Positions 40,680-49,812 of a stretch of 64,000 bases of DNA are shown in pieces. Both the position numbers and the translations under genes were made by a program. Positions within the stretch are counted from its first letter, which is position 1, and each line of letters starts with the position of its first letter. The notes beneath the pieces were generated by a model. That model saw nothing but the letters and a program-made list of their open reading frames with translations, was not told the DNA's origin and did not search any database. The stretch is from a virus: positions 1-64,000 of IMG/VR virus record IMGVR_UViG_3300013131_000036. The stretch is one strand, 5' to 3'.

Positions 40680-41202
40680 TATCGCTCATGCGTTGTTTCA
40701 TGAAATTTATACGACGATCCACCCACTGAACATTTCCTTCTATGTAACCTTTACTGGAATCTATGCGATCTAATGAAGCAGTATTTGTTAAATTTACTCT
40801 ATAAATAGATGGTATTTCAATAAAAATACCACTTATCTTGCATTTAAAATTTTGTTTTTCTAAAAGATTCCAAAGATATTCAATATTCAAATTAAATTCT
40901 AATTTTCTTCTACTAGCATTACTTTTTAATTCTGTATAAAACTGTCTGGGTATTCCTTTATATCCTCGATAAACATGAGATTCTTCACCTTTTATACCTT
41001 TGTTCCAAGTACCAAAATCTTTTCTCAAACATCCACAACTTTTTGTTGTTCCATTTCTTAGTGCACCACCTAAAATATCTTTAATTTTTCCACATGAGCA
41101 TTTACATACCCAGTATTTGTCATGGGCTTTTGATATTTTTTCAGATTTTTTTAAAACAACAAACCTGCCGTAGTGGTTGCCTGTTAAATCAATAAATTTC
41201 AC
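40609..41202 (-). CDS. HNH homing endonuclease-like protein
   Basis: DLTG..YGRFVV...WVCKCSCG...SCGC N-terminus; ASLDRIDSSKGYIEGNVQWV...N nuclease motif. Confidence 0.82.
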   Translation of the reverse strand: MKFIDLTGNHYGRFVVLKKSEKISKAHDKYWVCKCSCGKIKDILGGALRNGTTKSCGCLRKDFGTWNKGIKGEESHVYRGYKGIPRQFYTELKSNASRRKLEFNLNIEYLWNLLEKQNFKCKISGIFIEIPSIYRVNLTNTASLDRIDSSKGYIEGNVQWVDRRINFMKQRMSDNEFIEVCEEVVKYQKEQKDQSNA

Positions 41203-41447
41203 AAATCAAGCCCATTTAAAATCTCTTTGATCTTTTTCAATGCTTCCCGCAGCTTGGTTTCTTTCTCGCCTTCTTCATTTTCACCAATCCGATAGTCGTT
41301 TGGTGTGTAAATGTTTTGGCTGGCCCCACTGTCCCGGTTGATTCCCGGACTTATCTGGCTTGCATCGGGTGCACTCATCTGGCCGGTGTTGCGAATCGTG
41401 CCTTCATAAATCTTTTCCAAATCAATTTGTTTCAGATAATCTTTCAT
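41199..41447 (-). CDS. Hypothetical protein
   Basis: 82 aa; TAAATA 9 nt upstream. Confidence 0.55.
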   Translation of the reverse strand: MKDYLKQIDLEKIYEGTIRNTGQMSAPDASQISPGINRDSGASQNIYTPNDYRIGENEEGEKETKLREALKKIKEILNGLDL

Positions 41448-41644
41448 CAGTTGTAATATTTATCAAAATCCTTGGGCATGACCAGATAATGATTCAGATT
41501 TTTTGCCAACAATTTTACTTTTAGCAAAATCTCCTCCTTCTTATCTTTGTTTTTTTCCCGTTTGTATTTTTCATACATGTCCAAAACAAGATCGGCTGTG
41601 ATCTTTTGGTTCACAATTCCTTCTACCTTTTCAGCTTTGGACAT
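41447..41644 (-). CDS. Hypothetical protein
   Basis: MSKAEKVEG..., 65 aa; TAAATA 5 nt upstream. Confidence 0.55.
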   Translation of the reverse strand: MSKAEKVEGIVNQKITADLVLDMYEKYKREKNKDKKEEILLKVKLLAKNLNHYLVMPKDFDKYYN

Positions 41645-41683
41645 ATAAATATTTAATATATCGTGAATAGCAAAAGAAAAAGA

Positions 41684-41875
41684 ATGCTTTTGGACATAAA
41701 ACGGTTTCCTTTTTATTATAAAATATGTGAAGCTTGCGACAATGTGAATGCAAAAGACAGTGCGTTCTGCATTTTTTGCGGAAATTACCGGTTTGATGAA
41801 AGCATTGTGCAGGTCAGTAAACGAAGCGAAGAAATGTTGACACAAGAAGAGGATCCTTTAAATTTTCTGGAATGA
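41684..41875 (+). CDS. Small zinc-ribbon protein
   Basis: CEAC...CIFC motif. Confidence 0.55.
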   Translation: MLLDIKRFPFYYKICEACDNVNAKDSAFCIFCGNYRFDESIVQVSKRSEEMLTQEEDPLNFLE

Positions 41876-42003
41876 GCAAGGGTAAAACCGCCAAATTAAA
41901 CACCGTTCAGAACGGAAAAGGCGACCGTCCCCGGAGCATAAGCAAGAAGTTTTGGCAAAATTACGATACGATTCGTTGGAGCAAAAAGAAAAAATTAGGG
42001 TAA
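41872..42003 (+). CDS. Small basic protein (not in ORF track)
   Basis: 43 aa, MSKGKTAKLNTVQNGKGDRPRSISKKFWQNYDTIRWSKKKKLG; ATGA-coupled to the previous gene. Confidence 0.5.
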   Translation: MSKGKTAKLNTVQNGKGDRPRSISKKFWQNYDTIRWSKKKKLG

Positions 42004-42654
42004 AATTTGATTGATTTGATGCATTAAATTGATTCGAGTTTGAAAATCGTACCCGGCAAAATGAGCCACGTTGCATTTGCTCCAGCTTTGTTCGTCCCCC
42101 CCGTTCTGTCCCATCAGATTCCATTGTGAACCAAGATTGTGATATTTTATATTATATCGGGCCCGGTTCAGATTCATGATGGTTTGATCCGGGTACCACG
42201 GCATCAGTTTGAAGTATTCCGGATTGCTAAAAATTTTGATTGCATCCGGGCGAAGCAATAAAACACCTCCGTTAAAATAACCCTCCCACGGTTCAATTTC
42301 TGTCAGGGCGGCCGCCGCCTTGATGTATTTGTTCCATTCCGGATTGGGTTGATCATTTTTAGAATCCCATACCGCACTCATGCCTTGTGATGGAGCCAGA
42401 TTGAAAATGTCCGGGGCGTTCCGGTTGATGAGGGCGTCCGTGTCCAGATAAAAAATGCCCTCGGAATAGTTTGGAAGATGGCGTTCCATGAAAAATTTGC
42501 TCATGGCAATGAAATCAAACGGGGGTAGTCGTTTTTTGATCACAATCAAACGGGCTCCCACCTTTTTTGCATAATCCTCCATCCGGGGAATACTTATGTT
42601 TCCCATAATTTCGCCTTCCCCATCAATCATGGTGGTGATTACGGCTCGATTCAT
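41995..42654 (-). CDS. Glycosyltransferase family 8-like
   Basis: FYLDTD, YFNGGVLL, DQTIMN, WN and AHFAG motifs. Confidence 0.85.
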   Translation of the reverse strand: MNRAVITTMIDGEGEIMGNISIPRMEDYAKKVGARLIVIKKRLPPFDFIAMSKFFMERHLPNYSEGIFYLDTDALINRNAPDIFNLAPSQGMSAVWDSKNDQPNPEWNKYIKAAAALTEIEPWEGYFNGGVLLLRPDAIKIFSNPEYFKLMPWYPDQTIMNLNRARYNIKYHNLGSQWNLMGQNGGDEQSWSKCNVAHFAGYDFQTRINLMHQINQILP

Positions 42655-42655
42655 A

Positions 42656-43312
42656 TTAAAAAGTTTTCACGCAACGGTCCACATGCGAATAACCACTGCA
42701 ATGTTTGGTAAATATTTGTTTGCTGCATCCTGTTTTCATTCGGGCAACCTTGGTGATCCAAAGATCATAAGCATCCCACGCACAGGTTTTGAATTTGAAT
42801 TGAACTTGTTTTAGTTTTTCCCGGGGTATCAGGTAAGACTGGGCCGGTATGAAAAAATGCACCCCCAGAATATAATCTTCCATTTCAGTATCAAACGTGT
42901 ATCCCGTTCCCTGATTGTTTCCCAGATTAAACAAATCCAGATCATGATTCTTTGTTATTTTATAAAAATGTTCCAACTTATTGTAAAAATCTTCAAAATC
43001 ATGGTTTATGATGGCATCTTCAAATATTAATATAAAATCATAATTGATGTTATCCTCCAAGCTTATGCCGTTTTTATGGGCCAGAAAACAACCGTAGTGA
43101 CCCGGGGAAAGATTGCCGTTACCCGGTTGCATGCTCACACTGTTTGGTCGGTTGCAGTTTTCCATGGGCGGAAGATTTTTATATATTTCGTTGATGGTTT
43201 GTTTGTATTCCACCGGATATTTGCTGCAAAAAGTCTTCAGATTATGCACAGATTCTTTTTCTTTGCGATCATTCTCAGGATCCGTGACCAGATGCACTAT
43301 TCTGCAATTCAC
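42656..43312 (-). CDS. Glycosyltransferase family 25-like
   Basis: LSPGHYGCFLAH, ILIFEDA and SYLI motifs. Confidence 0.65.
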   Translation of the reverse strand: MNCRIVHLVTDPENDRKEKESVHNLKTFCSKYPVEYKQTINEIYKNLPPMENCNRPNSVSMQPGNGNLSPGHYGCFLAHKNGISLEDNINYDFILIFEDAIINHDFEDFYNKLEHFYKITKNHDLDLFNLGNNQGTGYTFDTEMEDYILGVHFFIPAQSYLIPREKLKQVQFKFKTCAWDAYDLWITKVARMKTGCSKQIFTKHCSGYSHVDRCVKTF

Positions 43313-44247
43313 AGTATTTTGTCCAGATGTTCCGTGAATTGTTCCAGTTTATACTCCCCACATTCCAGTGTTCCCGTCCAGCAATCATCAAACCGATAAT
43401 TGAAAAGATGCCAGTCCGTGTAACAGAAACGGCATTTCTCTTTGCCCACAGTTACCGGATACATGTTCCATCCCAGTTTACCGTTTCGCACAAACATGCG
43501 ATAATCCGGATTCACATAGGTATAGGCACAAATGATGGGGATGTTGGTGAGTCCTGCCAGATGAATGGGTCCCCCATCATAACCCACAAGGCATTTTGAT
43601 TGCTGAAAAATGCCGATCAAGTCATTCAAGTTTGTTTTGTCAATCAAGTTCACACAGGTGGTGATGTCCCGCACATCCAACACCTTGGCTTCATCCCCTT
43701 GTTTATAGGCAACCAACGGGCTGTTCGGATCAAACGGTTCTTTGCTTGTGCCAATCAACACCGGAATATGATCCCGTTCCACAATGTGTTCGGTGAGTTT
43801 TCTTAAAAGTTCTTTGTTCCATTTTCTAACCGGGGAACGAAATCCAACGGATATGATCACGGATCGACTGAAATCCACATTGTATTTGTTCACATCAATA
43901 TTTTTTGGATACAACGGATAATTATAATCCTCATCCCGCAAAACCTTGTTGATCAGATTATAGCTGGCCACTTTGCTCAGATTGCTTTTGGGCACATCCG
44001 GAACACCGTGGGGAAATATGCGAACATGCCGGTATTCCTCTTTGAATTCATATCTTTCAAAAATGCTGTTGAACCGATTGTCGGGAACAAACCATAAAAT
44101 ATCTCGGTACGCCGGAACCGTGCTGACCAGATATTTGCCGTCCTTGTGAAAGTTTTCAATTGCATATTTGACCACGGGACTTGCAGCGATCACATCTCCC
44201 AATCCTCCGTTCAATATGTAATGAGTGGGCGTGGCAGGATAATGCAT
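43309..44247 (-). CDS. Glycosyltransferase family 9 (heptosyltransferase-like)
   Basis: GGLGDVIAASP, RKW, NLIDKTNL.DL and LVGYDGGPIHLAG motifs. Confidence 0.85.
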   Translation of the reverse strand: MHYPATPTHYILNGGLGDVIAASPVVKYAIENFHKDGKYLVSTVPAYRDILWFVPDNRFNSIFERYEFKEEYRHVRIFPHGVPDVPKSNLSKVASYNLINKVLRDEDYNYPLYPKNIDVNKYNVDFSRSVIISVGFRSPVRKWNKELLRKLTEHIVERDHIPVLIGTSKEPFDPNSPLVAYKQGDEAKVLDVRDITTCVNLIDKTNLNDLIGIFQQSKCLVGYDGGPIHLAGLTNIPIICAYTYVNPDYRMFVRNGKLGWNMYPVTVGKEKCRFCYTDWHLFNYRFDDCWTGTLECGEYKLEQFTEHLDKIL

Positions 44248-44254
44248 AACCTAG

Positions 44255-44275
44255 TTTACCAAATAATTTGGTAAA
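44255..44275. repeat. Perfect inverted repeat between FkbM and GT9
   Basis: tttaccaaat-a-atttggtaaa. Confidence 0.75.
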
Positions 44276-44821
44276 TCAAGCCTTGTGCTGCGTCAGAACC
44301 CGACGCGAACCATTTTGATCAAAATAACTTTCCATCACAAATGGTATGTTGCGTATCAGTCCTTTTGCAAGCTGTTCCGTGTTTTCCTTTTCATAATCTT
44401 TATGCCATTCAATATAAAGCTCATTTATTTTTTTAATATTTGCGTGTTTCAGCATTTTTGGAACAATATTGTATTCGCTGCCTTCAACATCAATTCGCAT
44501 AATGCAAAAATCAAAACCGTCCAACCTGTTCAATATATTATCAATATCTTCGGTTTGTACAGTATATCCCTGCTTTGTTTCATTATATATTATGTTTCCG
44601 TGTTGTTCATCCGGATAAAAAATTGCTTCTCCTTCCTTGTCAGAAACCGCTTTGTTTACAATTTCAGCAGATGGATATTTTGTTTTTAATATTTCTGGAC
44701 ACTGTTTGTTTGGTTCATAAAGCAAAAGGTGATATTCCTTGTCTATGCGTTTGCTGTCAAAAAAAGCATCAGTACTGTCCCCTTTGTATGCACCCAGACT
44801 GATAAAAATCTTTTTCAACAA
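44276..44821 (-). CDS. FkbM-family methyltransferase
   Basis: SLGAYKG, YEPN, NKAVSD, RIDVEGSEY and LYIEWH motifs. Confidence 0.85.
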   Translation of the reverse strand: MLKKIFISLGAYKGDSTDAFFDSKRIDKEYHLLLYEPNKQCPEILKTKYPSAEIVNKAVSDKEGEAIFYPDEQHGNIIYNETKQGYTVQTEDIDNILNRLDGFDFCIMRIDVEGSEYNIVPKMLKHANIKKINELYIEWHKDYEKENTEQLAKGLIRNIPFVMESYFDQNGSRRVLTQHKA

Positions 44822-44851
44822 AAGAATTTATGGATTTTTTTTATAAAACAA

Positions 44852-46219
44852 TCAGTATTTATTTAAATGAGGACCCGTGGTTGCGGCCGGGGAAAAATCA
44901 ACATTGTGTGCCACTTTAAGCGCACGTGCTATGGTAACTTCTTGTGGAACACAATACACATCTCCATTGTTCAAAAGAACACAGCTTTGATATTTGTCGG
45001 CAGCCACGCCAAAAGCACCAGAAGGTGTTGACATGCTATCCGTCAATGGATCATATATTTTTGCATTATTCGCATTTTGCGGACATAAAAATATGCGTCC
45101 GTCCGGCAGCAAACATCCGGTGCTGTATGGTCCCTCTATTCCGGGAAATCCCCCGTTGGGTGTTGTTAATTGGTCGGTGTAAGGATTGTATATTGTGGCC
45201 ACGGATCCACCGTCCGGTACGCAAAATACGCGACCATCCGCCATCAAAACACCTCCGGTTCCATAATTTGAACCTGCTCCGGCGGGAAATGTTCCGGCCG
45301 GTGTTGTGATTTGATTTGTGAACGGATTGTAAATTCTTGACCGGGACGCACTATGAGGAACCATATAGATGCGACCATCCAACAAGGTCACACATCCGTC
45401 ATAAGCGGGTTGTGTTTCCGCATGTGTTTGAGAAAGTGAAGTGACCGTATCTGTTACTGGATCATATATCCGGAACGTTGTTGAACTGAAAGGAGCCAAA
45501 AACACGCGGCCATCCGGTAAAAGAGCACAGCTTTCAGTTGTGCCACCACCTCCGCTTATGGTTGTTGTTGCGAAAATTGTGTCTTTGACCACATCATGAA
45601 TTCTTCCGGCCGTGTTTAGAAATGGACTGCAGAACACACGACCATCCGGAAGCAAACAACCTCCAAAAAAAGCAAAGCCTCCCGGATAAGCCGGAGACAA
45701 CACGGACAAAGTATTTGTTCGAGGATCATATACCCGTGCAACTGTTGCACCCGCTGGAACACAAAACACCCGACCATCCGGAAGCAACACACCTCCCACA
45801 TAACTGTTTCCAGCTGCCGGAAATGTTCCACCGGGGGTGTATAAAACTTCTGCTCCGGTGACAGGTTTATTCAAACTTGTAACATATTGAAAATGTTGAA
45901 AACATTGGGCACTTAAACTGATTTGCTGGCTTGTTCGGGCGCTGAATCCCCCCACAATTGTGGTTCTGTTTTCACCATAAAGCATTTTTCCGGTCTGGCC
46001 AATGTGCCATTGCGGACAAACCAACTGGGAAAATTGGGCGGTGGTGCCGCTTTGATTCAGCGTTACTCCGCTGCCTGCAATGAAATTTGTGTTTCCCGAA
46101 GGCAAAAGATTAATGTTTTGAAAATTAGGGGTTGATTCCGGACCGGTACTGACCAGAAATTGTTCCGGGGTGGTGGTATCCAGTGTTCCCAAAAGTGCCA
46201 GATTTACGTTTTTGCTCAT
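44852..46219 (-). CDS. Putative fibre/receptor-binding protein, 7-bladed beta-propeller (paralog 3)
   Basis: Seven GGxLLPDGRVFCxP..ARIYDP repeats (kelch/galactose-oxidase-like). Confidence 0.65.
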   Translation of the reverse strand: MSKNVNLALLGTLDTTTPEQFLVSTGPESTPNFQNINLLPSGNTNFIAGSGVTLNQSGTTAQFSQLVCPQWHIGQTGKMLYGENRTTIVGGFSARTSQQISLSAQCFQHFQYVTSLNKPVTGAEVLYTPGGTFPAAGNSYVGGVLLPDGRVFCVPAGATVARVYDPRTNTLSVLSPAYPGGFAFFGGCLLPDGRVFCSPFLNTAGRIHDVVKDTIFATTTISGGGGTTESCALLPDGRVFLAPFSSTTFRIYDPVTDTVTSLSQTHAETQPAYDGCVTLLDGRIYMVPHSASRSRIYNPFTNQITTPAGTFPAGAGSNYGTGGVLMADGRVFCVPDGGSVATIYNPYTDQLTTPNGGFPGIEGPYSTGCLLPDGRIFLCPQNANNAKIYDPLTDSMSTPSGAFGVAADKYQSCVLLNNGDVYCVPQEVTIARALKVAHNVDFSPAATTGPHLNKY

Positions 46220-46222
46220 AAG

Positions 46223-47557
46223 TTAATTTTTGTTGAAATGTGGTCCGGTTAGTGCTGCCAAAGAAAAATTGGCATTTGTATATATGTAGTGTCTTCGGGC
46301 TTCTGTGGAATAGTGTGGCACACTAAACACACTTCCATCCGGAAGGAGCACACAACTCAAAGAGCCGTTAAAATTATAAAAAGTCCCGGCCGGTGTTGAT
46401 AATGTATCGGTTCGGGGATCATATATTCTGGCAACAGAACTGTAACCAGGATTGCAATAGATTCGTCCGTCCGGAAGCAAACAACCTCCGTCGTGAGAGG
46501 TTGCTCCCGGATATGTTCCGCTCGGGGTAGATATTGTATCAGTGACAGGATCGTAAATGATGGCAATTGTTGCAGTGTAAGGAACATTAAATATCCGTCC
46601 ATCCGCCATCAATACGGTCCCTATCCAGCTTCCAGATGCATATGTTCCGTTTGGAGTTGTTGTAATATCCTTATACGGATCATATATTTTTGCAATTGTA
46701 CCATTAGACGTGGGACCACAATACACACGACCATCCAACATTAATGTCGCCCGGTAAGTTTTTTGACCTCCTCCATATGCTCCCCCGGCTGTTGTGAGAG
46801 TATCAGTTGTGGGATCATAAATGACAGCAACAGAACTGTTTTCTGGTGAACAAAAAACACGTCCGTCCGGAAGCAAACAACCTCCGGCAAATGCAGCAAA
46901 ACCGGATGGCCAACTAACACTGGGAATTGTGACAGTGTCTTTGGCCGGATCATAAATACTGGGACCGCCTGAATCAGGAATGCAAAACACTCGGCCATCC
47001 GCCATGAGAACTCCCCCTTCTGATTGGGTAGGAGAACCTGAAGGAGTTGTGTAAACATTTTTAACCGGATCATATATGACTGCAAACGCTTTATTAAAAA
47101 CACAGCAATATACCCGGCCATCCGCCATGAGAACTCCTGCCCCAAAAGATTGGTTTCCGCCTACTGCTCCCGGAGGTGTGGTGAGTATTTCCGCCCCGGT
47201 CATGGGCACTGTTTGACTGACCACAAATTGAAGATGCGCCAGAAATTGAGCGCTCAATGCAACCTGTTGGCTGACACGATTGGCTGATGTTTCTTGAGCA
47301 AGAGGTTTTCCTGTTTTCCCCACTGTCCAATTGGGACATGTGTTCAGGTTAAAAGTGACTGTATTTGCGTTAACATCTCGGACCGTGTTGAAACCGCTGC
47401 TGCTCAGATTTTCAAACGTTGTGGCTGTTGGTTGCGGTCCGCCCGCTCTTGTTGCAGAAAATACTGGACTGAGTGTGGAGCCGCGTGTGCGCAAAGCATA
47501 ATATGCTTGTTCAAAACTGGATACACCAAATAATGCGGTTACACTTGCCCTGCTCAT
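46223..47557 (-). CDS. Putative fibre/receptor-binding protein, 7-bladed beta-propeller (paralog 2)
   Basis: Same seven repeats; TAAATA 7 nt upstream. Confidence 0.65.
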   Translation of the reverse strand: MSRASVTALFGVSSFEQAYYALRTRGSTLSPVFSATRAGGPQPTATTFENLSSSGFNTVRDVNANTVTFNLNTCPNWTVGKTGKPLAQETSANRVSQQVALSAQFLAHLQFVVSQTVPMTGAEILTTPPGAVGGNQSFGAGVLMADGRVYCCVFNKAFAVIYDPVKNVYTTPSGSPTQSEGGVLMADGRVFCIPDSGGPSIYDPAKDTVTIPSVSWPSGFAAFAGGCLLPDGRVFCSPENSSVAVIYDPTTDTLTTAGGAYGGGQKTYRATLMLDGRVYCGPTSNGTIAKIYDPYKDITTTPNGTYASGSWIGTVLMADGRIFNVPYTATIAIIYDPVTDTISTPSGTYPGATSHDGGCLLPDGRIYCNPGYSSVARIYDPRTDTLSTPAGTFYNFNGSLSCVLLPDGSVFSVPHYSTEARRHYIYTNANFSLAALTGPHFNKN

Positions 47558-47599
47558 GTATTATTATTTATTAAAAAACCACCAGCGTTGCTGATGTTT

Positions 47600-47941
47600 T
47601 TAAGCGGGTTTCGTGGGCCAAACAACTTCGAAGGGACTATTAAAATTCTGGGGCAAGTTGCGAAGAGCATTGCGATAATCCAACCAAGCCTGCTTATTTA
47701 CCGTGCAATCAGGGATTTGCGTCCAATCAGTTTCAGAAAGCAGTTTGTTGCGTTCCTCCCGTATCCGTTTCCAAACAATAGGAGAACCATCCAATATATT
47801 AAATCTTTCTTCAAAATTCACGTTGTCACGATCCGGACGATTCATCGATGATAAAGGTTTAGGAAAACGGGCAGCAACGGCACCTTCAGCGTCTATATAT
47901 TCGTAACAATTGCCCACGTCGTAAATGTCGATTTTGTCCAT
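47600..47941 (-). CDS. Tail fibre assembly chaperone
   Basis: WKRIREERNKLLSETDWTQIPD...W.DYR.ALRNLPQ...VWPTKP motif. Confidence 0.85.
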   Translation of the reverse strand: MDKIDIYDVGNCYEYIDAEGAVAARFPKPLSSMNRPDRDNVNFEERFNILDGSPIVWKRIREERNKLLSETDWTQIPDCTVNKQAWLDYRNALRNLPQNFNSPFEVVWPTKPA

Positions 47942-47946
47942 AATAG

Positions 47947-47954
47947 TATTTATA
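47947..47954 (-). promoter_or_regulatory. T4-type late promoter TATAAATA
   Basis: Exact match 5 nt before the chaperone ATG. Confidence 0.7.
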
Positions 47955-47962
47955 TTTATATA

Positions 47963-49327
47963 TTATAATTTATTATAAAAGGGTCCATTTATCAATGCTG
48001 GTGAAAAATTAGGTCCTGTATATGATATTTTTGCAATTACTGCCCGAGTAGACCAACCAGGAACCATGAAAACATTTCCGTTTTGCATAAGTACTGCTCC
48101 TATAAACCCATTATATCCTGCCAATGTCCATACAGTACCAGTTGGTGTTGTTGTGGTGTTTGATATTGGATCATATACCCGGGCAGTTCCCCCTCCGGTT
48201 GGTCCGGCCGGAGCGCAAAACACCCGTCCGTCCGGCAAAAGACATCCTCCTGTATAATCTTTTCCTTGCATATTCGGGGTGGTTATAATATTCGTTGTTG
48301 GATTGTATATCAATGCTTGGCCTACAACTGATTCGTCAGGAACACAAAACACCCGACCATCCGGCATTAAAACACAACTTTCAAATCCACTAGGAGGAAT
48401 ATAGGTTCCAAGAGGAGTTGTTAAGGTATCGTTAAAAGGACTGTAAATGACAAATGTGGCGTTAGGAACAGCTTCAGGAGCCATAAAAACACGACCATCC
48501 AGTAGCAAAGTGGCACCAAAACGTGATCCCTCTGGATCAGCATTATATGTTCCGCTTGGGGTTGTTAAATCATTGTTGACTGGATCGTATATACGAGCCG
48601 TTGCAAACTGTCTAGGCACACAAAACACCCGACCGTCAGAAAGCAAAACACCTCCTGCATATTTCGCAGCACCTGCTGGAAACGTTCCGGCCGGTGTTGA
48701 CAACGTGTTTGTGGCCGGATCATATATTCTAGCTATTGTTATGTTTTGAGGAACACAATACACCCGGCCATTCGGAAGCAAAATTGCTCCAGAGTGATCG
48801 GAAGAACCACCATATGTTCCACTTGGAGTGATTAATGTGTCTGTGACAGGATCATATATTCTGGCTACTGTACTGCCCATGGGAACACAAAACACCCGAC
48901 CGTCAAGAAGCAAAACACCTCCTTGATGGGCATCAGAAGTTCCCGGATATGCACCGGTGGGTGTGGTTAGCACATCCATTCCGGTAAGAGGAAGATTTTG
49001 AGCAACAACGTATTGAATATGTCTTTGAAATTGACCGCTAAGAGCAACCTGTTGGCTGACGCGATTGGCTGCTGTTTCTTGATAAAGAAACTTACCGGTT
49101 TTTCCCGTTTTCCAATCCGGACACTGCAATAAATTTACTTTGACACTTGTATTGCTTGCCCCCACTTCAATAACGGTTCCACTACCTGCAAGAAAATTGG
49201 TGTTAACGTCACTGATGGGTATTGCTGAAAAAACCGGAGTGGTGGTGTTGCCTGTGGACGTTAATATTTGCCCGGATTGACCAAAATCGGGCAGAGCAAT
49301 GTTTGCAAGGTTGGATGCATTACTCAC
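47963..49327 (-). CDS. Putative fibre/receptor-binding protein, 7-bladed beta-propeller (paralog 1)
   Basis: Same seven repeats; fibre-like N-terminus GQSGQILTSTG...P.F. Confidence 0.65.
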   Translation of the reverse strand: MSNASNLANIALPDFGQSGQILTSTGNTTTPVFSAIPISDVNTNFLAGSGTVIEVGASNTSVKVNLLQCPDWKTGKTGKFLYQETAANRVSQQVALSGQFQRHIQYVVAQNLPLTGMDVLTTPTGAYPGTSDAHQGGVLLLDGRVFCVPMGSTVARIYDPVTDTLITPSGTYGGSSDHSGAILLPNGRVYCVPQNITIARIYDPATNTLSTPAGTFPAGAAKYAGGVLLSDGRVFCVPRQFATARIYDPVNNDLTTPSGTYNADPEGSRFGATLLLDGRVFMAPEAVPNATFVIYSPFNDTLTTPLGTYIPPSGFESCVLMPDGRVFCVPDESVVGQALIYNPTTNIITTPNMQGKDYTGGCLLPDGRVFCAPAGPTGGGTARVYDPISNTTTTPTGTVWTLAGYNGFIGAVLMQNGNVFMVPGWSTRAVIAKISYTGPNFSPALINGPFYNKL

Positions 49328-49336
49328 AACAAACTG

Positions 49337-49522
49337 TTATTTTTTCTCTTCCACACTGACAATACCGCGCAGAAAGAGTGTTCCCGAAGCAGGATCAATC
49401 CATTGTGCTTCTTTCATGATATTCTTGCCCACCTGACGTTCCACAATGACCGGTTTGGTCATCTGACCAGAAATGGGGCTGACTTGGGGTTTGGGCTGAA
49501 CAAATGGTACGTTTTTGATCAT
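49337..49522 (-). CDS. Hypothetical late protein
   Basis: 61 aa; TATAAATA 5 nt upstream. Confidence 0.6.
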   Translation of the reverse strand: MIKNVPFVQPKPQVSPISGQMTKPVIVERQVGKNIMKEAQWIDPASGTLFLRGIVSVEEKK

Positions 49523-49527
49523 ATTAT

Positions 49528-49535
49528 TATTTATA
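49528..49535 (-). promoter_or_regulatory. T4-type late promoter TATAAATA
   Basis: Exact match 5 nt before ATG 49522. Confidence 0.7.
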
Positions 49536-49536
49536 A

Positions 49537-49812
49537 TTATTTTGCTTTTTTATACTGCATTTCGCAAACTTTAAACACCTTGCCGGGAAGATTTTGTATA
49601 AAATCTATTATTTTACAATTAATTCCCATATCAATTTTTTCAAAAGGAGCATTCCGCTTAATCATATTAGGAAGAGATAGGAAGTCATAATCTTTTTCAT
49701 TTTTGTTGATCAATACCCAGAATTCTCCCCCATATTTGCCTTTGGTTATGGCAAAAAAATCCCCCCGTTTGTACGTTTTAAGCTTGATCAGCTTGAATAT
49801 TTTTGACAGCAT
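49537..49812 (-). CDS. Hypothetical protein
   Basis: MLSKIF..., fills the gap in the - strand operon. Confidence 0.5.
   Translation of the reverse strand: MLSKIFKLIKLKTYKRGDFFAITKGKYGGEFWVLINKNEKDYDFLSLPNMIKRNAPFEKIDMGINCKIIDFIQNLPGKVFKVCEMQYKKAK

Noticed and set aside
44852-49327. Diversity-generating retroelement targeting the propeller fibres
   Set aside because: No reverse transcriptase in the window. The repeats are coding blades with indels, and I saw no template/variable pair differing only at adenines.
44852-49327. CRISPR-like repeat-spacer array
   Set aside because: The repeats are degenerate, in-frame protein repeats inside long ORFs.
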